DNA from: Ginglymostoma cirratum
Taxonomy: Eukaryota
Assembly: GCA_024137785.1 (NCBI GenBank)
Contig: JAHRHZ010000092.1
Coordinates: forward strand, 625,770-689,769
Length of the DNA stretch: 64,000 bases
Direction of reading: 5' to 3'
Shown here piece after piece: positions 1 to 12,414 of this stretch. Every line of letters starts with the position of its first letter. Within the stretch, counting starts at the first letter, position 1. A model generated the notes under the pieces. It was not told the origin of the DNA. It made no database searches and saw nothing but the letters and a program-made list of their open reading frames with translations. Both the position numbers and the translations under genes were made by a program.

Positions 1-6
1 TTCTAA

Positions 7-220
7 GATAACAAGGTATAGAGCTGGATGAACACAGCAGGCCAAGCAGTATCAGAGGAGCAGGAAAGCTGATGTTTCGGGTCTGGACCTTTCTTCAGAA
101 ATGCATTTCTGAACCCTTCTTCATTTTTGAAGAAGGGTCCAGACCCGAAATATCAGCTTTCCTGCTCCTCTGATGCTGCTTGGCCCGCTGTGTTCATCCA
201 GCTCTACACCTTATCATCTC
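7..220. mobile_element. Penelope-like element terminal fragment, head-to-head (hairpin) pair
   Basis: 7-100 is the reverse complement of about 126-220. Both arms carry (C/T)TGAAGAAGGGTCCAGACCCGAAA-type motifs, the same family as the GIY-YIG-bearing copy at 7657-8628. Confidence 0.75.
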
Positions 221-572
221 ACATTATCACACGGTATATTTTGTGTCACAAGAATTTTCTGCCTCCATTTCTTCTCAATACCTTATTAAGCAATTGGCTT
301 GGAATGTTGCATTCTATAGCCAACTGGTGATATCGGCTATTTTACACCTGGTGATGAGCAATGAGTCAGCATTAATCATTAAACCTTACAAAAACTGCAG
401 GTGATAATGCCTCCAATAGGATGATGTTGCAACTTTAATTTGAAAGGGGTAGTGTGGATCTAAGATTAGAGTAAGTTTTACATCTGAATAAAGGTAGATG
501 TAAGGTTATAAAGGGAGAACTAGCTAAAATGAGCATTTAAACTAAACATATTAAACTATACTAAACTTGCAT

Positions 573-895
573 GGCACAGTGGCTCAGTGGTTAGCACTGT
601 TGCCTCACAGCGCCAGTGACCCGCGTTCTATCCCACCCTCGGGCGACTGTCTGCGTAGAGTTTGTGCATTCTCCCCGTATCTATGTGGGTTTCCCCCCGG
701 TGCTCTGGCTTCCTCCCACAGTACAAAGATGTGTAGGCTAAGTGAGTTGGCCATGCTAAATTGCCCATAGTGTTCAGGGATGTGTAGATTAGGTGGGTGT
801 ATAGCGGAATGGGTTGGGTTGGGGTGGAATGCTCTGTGGGTCGGTGCGGACTTGTTGGACCGAAGGGCCTGTTCTCACACTGTAGGGATTCTATG
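573..895 (+). mobile_element. tRNA-derived V-SINE (HE1-like)
   Basis: tRNA-like head GGCACAGTGGCTCAGTGGTTAGCACTG, V-domain-like GAGTTTGTGCATTCTCCCCG...GGCTTCCTCCCACA, and a CR1-like tail GAAGGGCCTGTT...GGGATTCTATG. Confidence 0.85.
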
Positions 896-1668
896 ATAAA
901 GATATCTCAGTCGATATGCGGCAGCTGGTTTTAAAGGAGAGATTGAATTACTCACAGCAAAATTTCATCCCAATGAGGAAAAACAAGGCTTATTAAGAAA
1001 GAATATTTATTCAGAAATATATAAGGAAGTAAAAGATAGTGTCAAAATTTAAACAAAGACTGTCAACCTTTGCAAAATTTATTTTAAATAGAAGATTGGT
1101 CACATTTTAAGAACCATGAAAGAATCAGCAAAATCATGGAGAAAGTAAAGTATGAGTGAAAGCAAACGTAAACATAATAAAAACAGACTTTGTACAAGTA
1201 CTTGCACAGGAAAATAATAGCTAAAGCTAATGTTTCTCTTCTGGAGTGTGAGCCTGGAGAATTTACAATGGAAAATGAGCAAATACTAGAAATATTGAAC
1301 AAGCGTTTGGGTATGTCCTCACAACAGAAGATACAAGTAACATCCCAGATATACTAGCAAATCAGGAAGGAATGGGGGGAGGTTCTTGAAGCAATTCTAA
1401 TTGTCAGGGAAAATATGCGAAGAAAACTTGGACCTTATGACTGGCAAATTCCCAGGATCTAATGGCTTCTATCCTAGGGCCTTAAAATAACTGTCTACAG
1501 ATGTCATAGGTACATGGTTTATCAATTTCCAAATTTCATCAGACTACAAAAGGATCCTAGCATTTTGTAAAAATAGGTAATGTAACATGTTTGTTCAAGA
1601 AAAGAGGGAAACAGAAAATAGGAAAGTTGGCCTAACATTCGTCATAATTGCTACTATCTTTTATTAAG

Positions 1669-2315
1669 TGTTGTAAAAATTTTTATTTTTACTTAACTAA
1701 TAATGAGACTTGACTCCAGCTCTCGTTCTAAGCAGTTTATTTTCTTACTTGGTACCAGGGAGAGTGAGTGTCGATCTCCACCGGCACCCGACTCTACTAG
1801 TACAGAGTATAACAATCTCGTTCATACCATTAACTTCAGAGCAGGGTGTTGCCGTGACATCTTGTGTTTGTTGATTCATTTCATTGTAAGTTTAAAGAAA
1901 ACAGACGCTGCTCGAGGTAACAGGAATTCTGTCTTACAGATACCTTAATAATTACTTCTTCAAATGACCTTCGGCATGAAGCTAGCATAGGGAGTGATAC
2001 ACAGTTTGATTGAAACTCTAGCTTATCAGTATCTAGGCTCCACGGGGATACAAGGGACATTTCTAATTTAGCCTAAAACCTTGGTATAGTGACGATATAT
2101 CAAAAGATCCTTCTCTAACTCTAGCTAAGATAACATGTACATAGTGTTAACACAGTCTGAGTAACTACCTCCCGACTTCTGCTAAGCTCGGTAAAATCCC
2201 ACATGCTAAACTAATTAAAATTCTTTCTCTAAGTCATCAGTTTCTCCCATGGTTGCCTTTTCTGTCTTGGCCTAAATTCCCGTCTACCCTTGCAATGTAA
2301 AATTTTTCTTCCACA
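1669..2315 (-). mobile_element. Solo LTR (647 bp)
   Basis: TG...CA termini flanked by a perfect 5-bp TTAAG duplication (1664-1668 and 2316-2320). AATAAA on the minus strand at 1736-1741. The surrounding CR1 sequence resumes across it. Confidence 0.75.
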
Positions 2316-2473
2316 TTAAGGAAGTTATATTGGGATATCTAAAAATTAAAGATATGATCAGGTGGAGTCAATGAACTTGAACGTTTTGTGAAAGAGAAAT
2401 CTTTTTTAACTAATTTAATAGTCTTTTTCACTAGGAACAAGCAAAATGTAAAAAGACGATCCCGTTGATACGG

Positions 2474-2572
2474 TGAGATAACAAGGTGTGGAGCTGGATG
2501 AACACAGCAGGCCAAGCAGCATCATAGGAGCAGGAAAGCTTGACGTTTCGGGCCTAGACCCTTCATCAGAAA
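2474..2572 (-). mobile_element. Penelope-like terminal fragment with minimal hammerhead ribozyme motif
   Basis: Minus strand 2542-2569 reads CTGATGA-A-GGGTC-TA-GGCCC-GAAA-C-GTC. An imperfect flanking duplication ATCCC(G)TTGATA(C/T)GGTG is present. Confidence 0.7.
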
Positions 2573-4559
2573 TCCCTTGATATGGTGTCTGGGGTTTCAA
2601 AAGTACAGTTAGTAAGGTTCCATATCAAGGGCTATTACATACTATAAGAGCACATGCTATATGGAATAACATCTTAGCACGCATGCAAGATTGTTTGGCT
2701 TGGTGTTTTTGTGTTGCCACGCTGTAACTTGTACAGCACCACAGGATCAGTTTTAGTATATGAACTATTTACTATCTGTGTCAATGACTTGGATGAAGAG
2801 GTAGTTAAATTTTTCAATGATACAATGGTAAAAAGGAAATCAGATTGCCAAAATGAGATGAACACATAATGAAAATGGACAGTATGACAAATTAAGTATA
2901 ATATTGGCGCATATTAAACTGCCCTTATTCACAGGAATAAAAAAAATGTACACTCGACGAGGAGAAAATGCAGAATGGAACAGTGAAGAGAGATTTCAGT
3001 GTCCTGGTGCAATGAATCAAAAAGTGTCACTTGCAGGTATAGCAAGTGATTAGGAAGAGAAGAGGTAAGTTGGAATTTCTTACAATCAGGTTGGAACAGA
3101 AAAACAGAGAAATTTTATTTCAACTGCGCAGAATTTTGATGAGACCGCACCCGAAATATTGCGTATAGTTTTGGTCTCCTTATACTAAAAATATTATTGC
3201 CTTGGAAACTGACATAGAAGATTCAGGCGAATATTCCTGTGTTGAAACTGATATTTTACGAAGGTTGAATAGGTTGGATCTACACTCGTTAGAGCTTAGA
3301 AGAATGAGACCTGATCTTGTTAAAATAAAAAGCTATTCAGGCAAATAATTAGGATGGACACAAGAAAGACAGATGAGGAGTTTTCTTTTCTTCGAAAAAG
3401 TTGATAATTCGTAGAATTTTCTTTTCAGGAAAACAGTGGTGAATGAATGAATTAGATTAACTAACTAACTAACATTAATTCAAAGGATAATTTTGATACG
3501 GAAGGTAACTAAGCCTTACGCAAGGAGAGACAGACGGGAAGCCGATCTTATGCCATATGATCTTCTTGATTGGAAAGTGAATCCAAAAGACCCATTTCAA
3601 TCTGTGTTTCCGGGTTAACCTCTCTTCAAGAACGAGGTAAATGAAGTTGGTGTCGGTATTAATTGCTCCCCTGCCTCGGAGATGCTGTCCCTGGCCAGTT
3701 ACTAAGGGCGCATGAGGTAGATAAAGCTCTGAATCTGTAATGCTTGTTGTACTGAAGGAGGGACGGCGCCGAGGTAAAAATACCCTCAAACATGTGAATA
3801 TGTTCGTGATAATCTTAAGAAAATCTTGAATTAAGCTGGGGCAGCATTCTCGATGAGTTTTGAGGAAGGGTCACTAAACCTGAAACTTTAACTTTTCTCT
3901 CCGCAGATGCTGCCAGACCTGCTGAGCCTTTCCAGCAATTTCTGTTTTTGTTCTAACATTCTCTCCGCATGAGCAGACTAGTTTTGGCTCCGAGTTTTCC
4001 CCTTGAAAGCTTCTTGACCGCTTTTTGGGTGACTTTAGCAAATGATTGATTTGATGTCATAGTCATAACCACCACCTCAATCATTTCATTTAAATTCAAT
4101 AAATTCAAGTCATTGTGAACAGCTCTGTCACAGGAAGATCAAATCTTAATCTCTAACAAGGGAATGTTCCATTTCGTGTCCTCGAACTCCACGAAGGTGG
4201 TGTACTGTCTTAGGAATGGGGTGGAATGTGGGTAAGGCAGGAAGTGTACATATGCCTGCTAATTCCGACTTTGTATCTGATATGTCATCAGCTAGGGAAT
4301 AGCTCCAAAGGTGGTCTTGAGATCTATTCCCTCACACATCGAGAAAAAATCGACTGAATTCCTCATCTAACATTGATGCTATCACTAATCCCACGTAGGT
4401 CAAAACAATAAATATTTACAGATGCCTTTGTAGGGGTTTGCATCATAATGCCAATTTTCATCTCGCTGGTGGCGCTGTTGCTGCTGAGTTCAACGCTGTT
4501 GGTGCCGACAGCTTCCCTTGACTGTTGAGATCACAATCTTGATTGATATTCAGGCCAGT

Positions 4560-4930
4560 CCCTCAGTAGTGTGACACCCAATACTTAAAACGGGTCACCA
4601 AAGATCACCAAATTTCCTCAGACAGCACCTTCCAAACCCACGCCCATTTCCGTCTAGAAGGACAAGGGCAGCAGATATATGGGAACACCACCATGTCCAA
4701 GTTCCTTTCCAAGTCACTCACCATCCTGACTTGGAAATATACCGTTCCTTCACTGTAGCTGGTCAAAATCCTGGAATTACCTCCCTAATAGCTTTGTGGG
4801 TCAACCCACAGCAGGGAGAATGCAGCGGTTCAAGAAGGCAGCTCACCACCACCTTCTCAAGGGCAACGAGGGATAGGCAATAAACACTGGCCCAGCCAGC
4901 GACGCCTACATACCACGACATGAATAGAAA
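4560..4930 (+). mobile_element. 3' end of a non-LTR retrotransposon
   Basis: CAGCACCTTCCAAACCC...AGAAGGACAAGGGCAGCAG...TTCAAGAAGGCAGCTCACCACCACCTTCTCAAGGGCAA...AATAAA followed by an A-rich tail. Related fragments occur elsewhere, e.g. about 52220-52310. Confidence 0.6.
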
Positions 4931-6489
4931 AAAGAACTGATAGATTAATAGGGGACTTCTAGAAAGTGTGCTGAGGCAGTATGTTACCCAGAACTAATAC
5001 CAAAACAAAAAAAAACAGTATAGTGGTTATTTATTTATTGCGGTTAGTGGGAGCTTGCACTACTGAAATTGGTCACCCGGCATATCAATCACTATACTTT
5101 GACGAACTCACACGGTGGTAAAGATATTTGGTGCTTTCTGAAGTCAGCAGTGATACTTTCGTGATGTAATTTGTAGTTTCTCCAAACATTTTCTCTGTTT
5201 CAATCTATAATTGACTAAAATGTGAATCTAACGGACGTACAATTTGACGGGAATACTCGCCTCTTCCGTGGCGCAGACACCTCCTCAGCTGTCGATGACA
5301 CCAGGGAACTCAGGCACATCCAGAAACACGCCGGTGTTGGCCTAAATATTGGCCATGCCATTACGTTACGGTATGACAAGAACCAAATCGGCCGTTAGGA
5401 ATATTGTTTCCAATTACACCTCCGAGACTTTTAAAACAGTCTGAACCACCAGCACGCTGTTTGATCTGGAAGTGAGAGATGCCCCTTTGTCTCACACTGA
5501 TGTGTACTTCTGTGCTCATTGTATCACATAATATTCGAAGCTCATTTTCTTTCGCCTTGGATGGATACAGGACGTTCAGAGTTGATTCTGTCCGTATGAA
5601 TGTACCAATGTTTCCAAACATGTTCACATTGTCTTAAACTCTGCCCTTTCCCCATAACTCAAGGTTTCAATTCGTGAATCTTTCTATTTCCCTTATCCTT
5701 GAATCTGTTTACTGCAACCACTGTGATCCTGCGTTCCAAAACGAGCAACTCGTAGCATTGAAAAGTAATTCATCATACTCCAGTGATTCCGTGACTAAAC
5801 ATCTTAACATACTAACAGCATTTTTAATGATTTTCAACGTCTCCATTACATCTGCCCGTAACATTATGTGCTGCCACGAGAAAAAAATGCCGGCTTCTCC
5901 AATCGCTCCACTTGAATGAAATTCCTCATCTCTGGTTACTGTACTAATCAACCTGCTCTCTACTTTTTCTTAGGATTTGTCATCTTTCCCAAAGCTTAGT
6001 TCCCACAACGCAACGCAACAATTCTGCTGCCGAAAATGGTAATTTCTAATGGCTCGGCGCAACTCTCCCGTTTTAATCTCTATTTCGTTTTGTATAAAAC
6101 CAAGGTTGCGTTTTTTAAAAAAAAGTCTCACCTTGTACTCACATCTGCAAAAACGTCAGTACATAGAAGGACAAAGGCAAAATACTAATGGAAACATCGC
6201 CAATCTGCTTTTCCAGTTACACGCTATCTATCCTGGAACTATGTCCGAGTTCCTAATGTCATTGCGTCACGAATACTGTAGCAGGAACGATGGGCGGAAA
6301 GGCCTAGTTCAGCTCTTATTTTCTATGTCAATACTTAACAGGTGTGGACGTTGCTGAGATGATCATAGAAGACACTTAGGGCATTCCCTTTAATGTCATT
6401 TTTAGCATATTTTATTGCAACAATATGCCATTAACAGCATATGACATATGACATGGATTTTATATGCTTATTTAAAACAGCACAAAAAA

Positions 6490-9400
6490 TAACAATACAG
6501 AAGAGGAACAGGCTCTTCAGCCCTCCAAGACTGTGCCGCCACTTTCTGCCCTTCCGTACTAAAACTGTCTTTTCACTTACAGGACCCGTATCCCTCTATT
6601 CCCTTCCTATTGTACTCGTCCAAGTACTTCTTAAATGATGTTACTGCGTGTGCTTCCACCACCTCCTCTGGTAACGCGTTCCAAGCACTCACCACCCTTT
6701 GTGTGAAAAACTTGCCCCGCACATCTCTTTTAAACTTTCTCCCCCCTCCCCGCCCCCAAACACCGCGCCCACCCCCCCCCCCCCCCCACCCCCACCACCT
6801 TGAACATCTGTTCCCAGTAATTGACCTCTCCACCTGAGAAAAAAAGCCTCATACTTGCCAGGCTATCCACGCCATTCACAATCTTATAAACTTCAGTTAG
6901 GTCGCCCCTCAACCTCCGGCATTCCAGAGAAAACAAACCCAGTCTATCCAATCTTTCTTCATAGCTAAAATCCCATATACCAGGCAACAACTTGGTAAAC
7001 CTTTTCCGTACCCTTTCCAAATCACCCACATCCTCTGGTAGTATGATAACCAGAACTGTATGCAATAATCCCAGAGTGGCTTAACTAAAGTTCTATAAAC
7101 CTGCAGCGTAACTTGTCTATCCTTGTACTCAACGCCCCTTCCAATGAAAGCACGCATGCCGTAAAGCCGTTTGTACTACCTTATCTATTTGGGCTGCCGC
7201 ATTCAGTGGCCTATGGACCTGCACATCCAGAACCCTTTGCATTCAATACTCCTAAGGGTTCTGACATTCACTGCATAATTTCCACCTGTACTTGACTTTC
7301 CAAAATAGTTCGCCTCACATTTGTCCGGATTAAACTCCATCTGCCATTTTCTGTCTATGCCTCCAACTGATATGTATCCTGCTCTTTCCTCTGACAATTC
7401 TCTTCACTATCCGCCAATCTTTGTGATAGCAGAAACTACAGATGCTGGTCAGAGTTCACCAATCTTTGCATCGTCTGCAAACTTACTAATTTGATCAGCT
7501 ACGTTTTCCTTCAAATCACTTATGTAGACCACGAGCAGCAGAGGTCCCAGCACTGATCGCTATGGAACACCTTTAGTCACACCCCTCCATTCTGAAAAGC
7601 ATCCTTCCACAGCTACTCCTTGCCTCCTATAACTAAGCCAGTTTTGTATCCATCTTTAGAGCAGGAAAGCTTGACGTTTCCGGCCTAGACCCTTCATCAG
7701 AAATGGGGGAGGGGAAGTGGGTTCTGAAATAAATAGGGAGAGAGGGGGAGGCGGATAGAAGATGGATAGAGGAGAGGAGGCAGACAAGTCAAAGAGGCGG
7801 GCATGAAGCCAGTAAAGGTGAGTGTAGGTGGGGGGGGGTGTAGGGAGGAGATAGGTCAGTACAGGGAGGACGGACAGGTCAAGGGGGCGGGATGAGGTTA
7901 GTAGATAGGAGATGGGGGTGGGGCTTGAGGTGGGAGGAGTGGATAGGTGAGAGGAAGAACAGGTTAGGGAGGTCAGTTCGCAACAAACAACTGCACCTCC
8001 CAGTCGCGAACCATTTTAACTCCCCCTCCCATTCCTCAGACGACATGTCCATCCTGGGCCTCCTGCAATGCCACAGTGATGCCACCCGAAGGCTACAGGA
8101 ACAGCAAATCATATTCAGCCTGGGAACCCTGCAGCCCAATGGTATCAATGTGGATTTCACAAGCTTCAAAATCTCCCCTCCCCCAACCGCATCCCAGAAC
8201 CAGCCCAGCTCGTCCCCGCCTCCCTGACCTGTTCTTCCTCTCACCTATCCCCTCCTCCCACCTCAAGCCCCACCCCCACCGCCCCGCCACCCACCACCCC
8301 ACGCCCCCTTGACCTGTCCGTCCTCCTGGAACGACCCTTCCCCCCCCCTTCCCCCCCCCCACCTACACTCACCTTTACTGGCTCCATCCCCGCCTCTTTG
8401 ACTTGTCTGCCTCGTCTCCACCTATCCTCTCCTCTATCCATCTTCTATCCGCCTTCCCCTCTCTCCCTATTTATTTCAGAACCCTCTTCCCCTCCCCCAC
8501 TTCTGATGAAGGGTCTAGGCCCGAAAAATCAAGCTTACCTGCTCCTATGATGCTGCTTGGCCTGCTGTGTTCATCCAGCTCCACACCTTGTTATCTCGGA
8601 TTCTCCAGCATCTGCAGTACCTATTATCTTTGTATCCATCTTGTCAGCTTACCTCGATACCATGTGACTTCACCTTTTGTACCAGTCCTGCCATAAGGGA
8701 CCTTTTCAAAGGCTTTACTGACCTTCATGTAGACAGCATCAACCATTTTTCCCTCATCAATCATCTTTGTCACCTCCTCAAAAAAACTCTATCAATTTAG
8801 TGAGGCAGGACATCCTTCGCACAAAACCACGCTGTCCATCGCTAATAATTCCATTTGCTTCTAAATGCGTACAGATCTTGTCCCTGAGGATCTTTTGCCA
8901 TCATTTCCTTGCAACCGACTTGCGTCTCACAGGTCTGTCATTTCCAGGATCATCCCTGCTACCCTTCTTAAACATTGGGACAACATTGACTATTCTCCAG
9001 TCCTTTGGAACCTCGCCTGTGGCCAAATAAGCTGCAAAGATGTCTATCAATGCTAAGGCAATATGTTCTCTTGCCTCCCTCAATATTCTGGGATAGATCC
9101 CACCTGAACCCGGGGACTTATCTGCCTTAATACGTTTTCAGATAGTCAACACCTCTTCCTTTTTAACGGTAACTTGGCTTAGAAACTCGACTCTTCCTTC
9201 CCTGAAATCATCCTCCACCAGTTCTTTCTCTTCTGAGGACACTAACACAGTATTCATTTAGGACCTCTTCTGGTTCCACATATAGCTTCCCTTCTTTGTC
9301 CTTGAGTGGGCCAACCCTTTCCCTGGCTACCCTCTTGCTTTTTATATATGCATGAAAAGCTTTAGGATTCTCTTTAATCCTATTTGCTAGTGACTTTTCA

Positions 9401-9695
9401 TGACCCCTTTAACCCTTCTCATTGCTTGCTTAAGTTCTTTCCTACTTCCTTTGCATACTTCAAGGGCTTCGTCAGTTCCCATCCTCATAGACTCTATGTA
9501 AGCTTCCTTTTTCTTTCTGACTCAAGGTTATAACACCCCTGGCTATCCAAGGTTCACGTAATTTGCCATACCTATCCTTCATTCTCGCTCCTGAGCTCTT
9601 ATCAACTGCCATTTGAAATACTCCCACAAGTCTGATGTAGATCTACCCACAGCCAGCCGCCTGCAATCAAAATTCTCCAGTTCCTGCCTAATATT
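6490..9695 (-). mobile_element. CR1-type LINE, 5'-truncated, fragmented ORF2
   Basis: Translated fragments FFTQRVVSAWNALPEEVV, RLGLFSLECRRLRGDL, WQMEFNPDKCE, VPKDWRIVNVVPMFKKG. Interrupted by the Penelope-like insertion and a C-rich tract at 6741-6800. Confidence 0.9.
7657..8628 (+). mobile_element. Penelope-like element (GIY-YIG endonuclease C-terminal relic) with inverted terminal duplication
   Basis: ORF fragment HLPVANHFNSPSHS...RRLQEQQIIFSLGTLQPNGINVDF. About 7659-7970 is the reverse complement of about 8225-8545. A 14-bp target-site duplication TTTGTATCCATCTT lies at 7643-7656 and 8629-8642. Confidence 0.85.
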
Positions 9696-9704
9696 GTTGT
9701 GATC

Positions 9705-9995
9705 ATAGAATCCTTAAATGTGGAAACAGGCCATCTGGCCCAAAAAGTCCACACCATCGCTCCAAAGAGCACCCCACCCAGACCCAATACTCCTGCATTT
9801 CCTTGTCTAACCCAAACATCCCTGGGCAATTTAGCATTGCCAATCCAGCTAGCCTGCGCATCTTTGGGAGGAAACCCACACAGACAGAGGGAGAATATGC
9901 AAACTCCATACAGACAGTCGCTGGAGCCTGGAATCGAACCCAAGTCCCTAGCGCTGTGAGGGAGCAGCACTAACCGCTGAGCCATCGTGCCGCCC
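9705..9995 (-). mobile_element. tRNA-derived V-SINE (HE1-like)
   Basis: The reverse complement begins GGCGGCACGATGGCTCAGCGGTTAGTGCTGCT...GGGTTCGATTCC and shares the core of the 573-895 copy. Confidence 0.85.
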
Positions 9996-10239
9996 GAAAG
10001 GCGCCTTCCCCCCATTTAGCACCTGCATCCGAAGACTGCTGTTATCCCGAACAATGAGTACCTTAAAAATCAGGGCATTATGGTCACTACTCCCGAAATG
10101 CATATATTACCACATCTTTTGTGGTAATTCTGGCATCTATTTTTCTCTTCTCTGTGTTAGCTGGATGGAGAAAATGAGGTAGGCACAAGAACAATTGGAA
10201 GACGTTGCAAACAACATGCTGAGTAAAATGATCAACTAT

Positions 10240-11160
10240 CCCGTTGTTGAGGCTGCCTACGGAAACTACATTACTTGGTATGAAATTTGAGACAATGTGC
10301 ATTAGATGACTCCGCTTTAGTGGGGAAGTTATTAACCACCTCTATGACATCTTGCAGGATGGCCAGAGCTAAGCTCAAAACGCCACACCACTTATCAGTG
10401 GCAATGAATATAAACGCGGCCTCCAATTTTGAGTCATAGAGATCATTACAGTCAAGCTCATGCGAACCAACTCACACAGAGCTTTGAGGGCTCCTATTCA
10501 CCAGGTATCTGTCATTATCTACCAAAGATTACAATGTCACTAATTTGAGTATGTCCTCAGAACACATGTGCAAGCGCCCACCATATTCGATATGAATGTC
10601 AGTTTCCCTAATTTATTTAGGTCTTTGGTTGGACAACATATTCATTTGAAGGTACCAAACCATGAGTTCGTTTCACACAACAAGAAAAAAAGGCCTCCAC
10701 TTGCAGATGCAATGACTGTTTTCGATGAGCAGATGTAGATCCTCGGTGTAACTCTCTGTCCTCCTCTGTTCAGGTTGCCAGGGAAGTCCTTACCACCCCT
10801 TCGTCCTCAGGAACTCAGTATTGCAGCAAACAATGAGTGCTTCGCATTGAAGTTCAGGACGGTTACTGGGTGACAAGGGTACTCACTGAAAATGTGGTTT
10901 ACAGCACAGTGCCACAGGACTAGCCACCCAGTGCAAGAATAATGCAATTATTCACATTGCTCGACACATCTCATGTCTCAAAACGTCACATAATGCAAAA
11001 GGACATCTGCCTGTTGAAATACTTTTCTCGTATCTAAAAATTCAGGGTACAGTTTGATGAGCTCTCCTAATGAGGCGTTGAAACCTGCATTGGAATATTG
11101 TGTGTTTTACTGATTTGCCCTCCAGGAAGGACTCGATCTCCACCCGATGATGTCAAGATG
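10240..11160 (+). pseudogene. PIF/Harbinger-type (HARBI1-like) transposase relic
   Basis: From about 10858: G-R-L-L-G-D-K-G/(frameshift)Y-S-L-K-M-W-F...QE*CNYSHCST...LLK. This matches the Harbinger LLGDxGYPxxxWL...E.YN..H..TR...FG.LK block. Multiple stops and frameshifts. Confidence 0.55.
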
Positions 11161-11544
11161 CTAGAAGTGAACCAGGTGGAGCTGGTCCATCTACAGCCTG
11201 TAGCGTGTCTTGATGCAGACGTGACTCCTGGAATGTATAGCAAAGTCAAAGATTCACTAAAGACTGGTAAATATGTTCAGCTTCTAGACAACTGGTAAGA
11301 AATGTCAGATGGCTGGTTCTGAACCTATTCATTTCGAGATTCCTGTCATGTGTTTCTTAAGCTTCAAACAACACTACATTAGTAGATGGTAATATCGCAG
11401 CACGTAAACTTAATTCTGACTAAATTGCAAAGATTTCATTCCCGATTAATGGAAAATGGGCAAGAATTGTGTGAAAAGGTGGCGAATGGAAAATAAAGGA
11501 TGTAAGAAGAGAAAAACGAAAGGAGCGAACACGGACTAGGACGG

Positions 11545-11640
11545 ATTTGCAAAATAAAGTACGTCAGCGGCATTAGTTCCGGCAGCCGGTTCAGTCACGT
11601 GATTAGCCCGGCAACTGTCAATCACTGCTCACCAATCTGG
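11545..11640 (+). promoter_or_regulatory. Putative promoter of inverted V gene 1
   Basis: Within about 170 bp of the ATG: octamer-like ATTTGCAA (11545-11552), CRE half-site TACGTCA (11560-11566), E-box CACGTG (11596-11601), CCAAT (11632-11636). Motif match only. Confidence 0.45.
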
Positions 11641-11717
11641 TGGCTTTTCTATTACGATCCTTTGTAAACACTGTCTTATCGATCAGTAACGCTGGCTATC
11701 AGTTCCTGAGAAGGGCG

Positions 11718-11781
11718 ATGGCAGTGTCAGTTCAAGCGATCACGGTCTGTCTCACCCTTTCGCTCGGACAATGGATTCAAT
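11718..11781 (+). CDS. TRBV: Leader exon of inverted V gene 1
   Basis: MAVSVQAITVCLTLSLGQWIQ is a hydrophobic signal peptide. A phase-1 donor T|GTAAGT at 11782 splices in frame to 12079. Confidence 0.85.
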
Positions 11782-12078
11782 GTAAGTATTAGAGGCCGAA
11801 CTCACCTCTCGCAACAGCGAAATAGGAAATATCTTAATTATACCCAGTTGGGAGGATAATCAATACTACGTTTCAAAATAAATGGAATTGAATCAGTGCT
11901 GAGAGAGGAAACCAAGTGTTAATACGTAAGAGCGGAAAGGTAAATAAAACTAATCAGATCGCTCTCGGAAACCGCCGCCGCAGGAAAGATGGGCCGAATT
12001 ATCGCTCTGTCAATTGAAAAACTTCTTCCGAATGGTTGTCTTTACCTATAACTTTACCCTTCTCGAAATATATTCCAG

Positions 12079-12375
12079 GGATTCGGGCTGCGCCGACTGT
12101 AGTCCAGTCTGCAACAAGGGCCGCTATTCCACACGGAGAGCCTTTCACTTTGACCTGCAGTTTGGAGGGAGAGAGCATGGGCAGCTATACTATGCACTGG
12201 TACCGCCAACAGGGGACAACAATAGAGTGGCTGTGCAATGAATATAAAAACTGTGCATCGGGTTTAGACGACAGGTTCGAAGTGCAACACGTCTCTTCGA
12301 ATAACCGATTTACCCTGAAGCTGAGCAACACCCAGTTGGCAGACTCTGCGACCTACTACTGTGCAGCTAGTATGG
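12079..12375 (+). CDS. TRBV: V exon of inverted TCR V gene 1 (open frame)
   Basis: Acceptor TTCCAG| then (W)IRA-APTVVQS...LTCSLEGESMGSYTMHWYRQ...DSATYYCAAS, with the canonical Cys, Trp and DxAxYYC, followed by an RSS. TRBV is assigned from locus context, not sequence similarity. Confidence 0.9.
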
Positions 12376-12414
12376 CACAGAAACACAACCCGCTTATAGA
12401 CTAATACAAAAACC
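12376..12414 (+). other. 23-bp-spacer recombination signal sequence of V gene 1
   Basis: CACAGAA (12376-12382) + 23 nt + ACAAAAACC (12406-12414, perfect nonamer). Confidence 0.92.

Larger units (their letters stand above)
900..3560 (+). mobile_element. Decayed CR1-type LINE ORF2 relic, interrupted by a solo LTR and a Penelope fragment
   Basis: Degenerate RT-region motifs: TTCAAGAAAAGAGG (FKK), AATGACTTGGATGA (NDLD), TTGCGTATAGTTTTGGTCTCC (CVQFWSP-like). Confidence 0.65.

Noticed and set aside
573-645. tRNA-like sequence and CACAGTG (also at 9920-9995 and 21862-21930)
   Set aside because: These are SINE heads, not tRNA genes or RSSs.
12357-12363. Embedded heptamer TACTGTG at the end of V1 (V-replacement signal)
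   Set aside because: Explained by Tyr-Cys-Ala codons and absent from V2.
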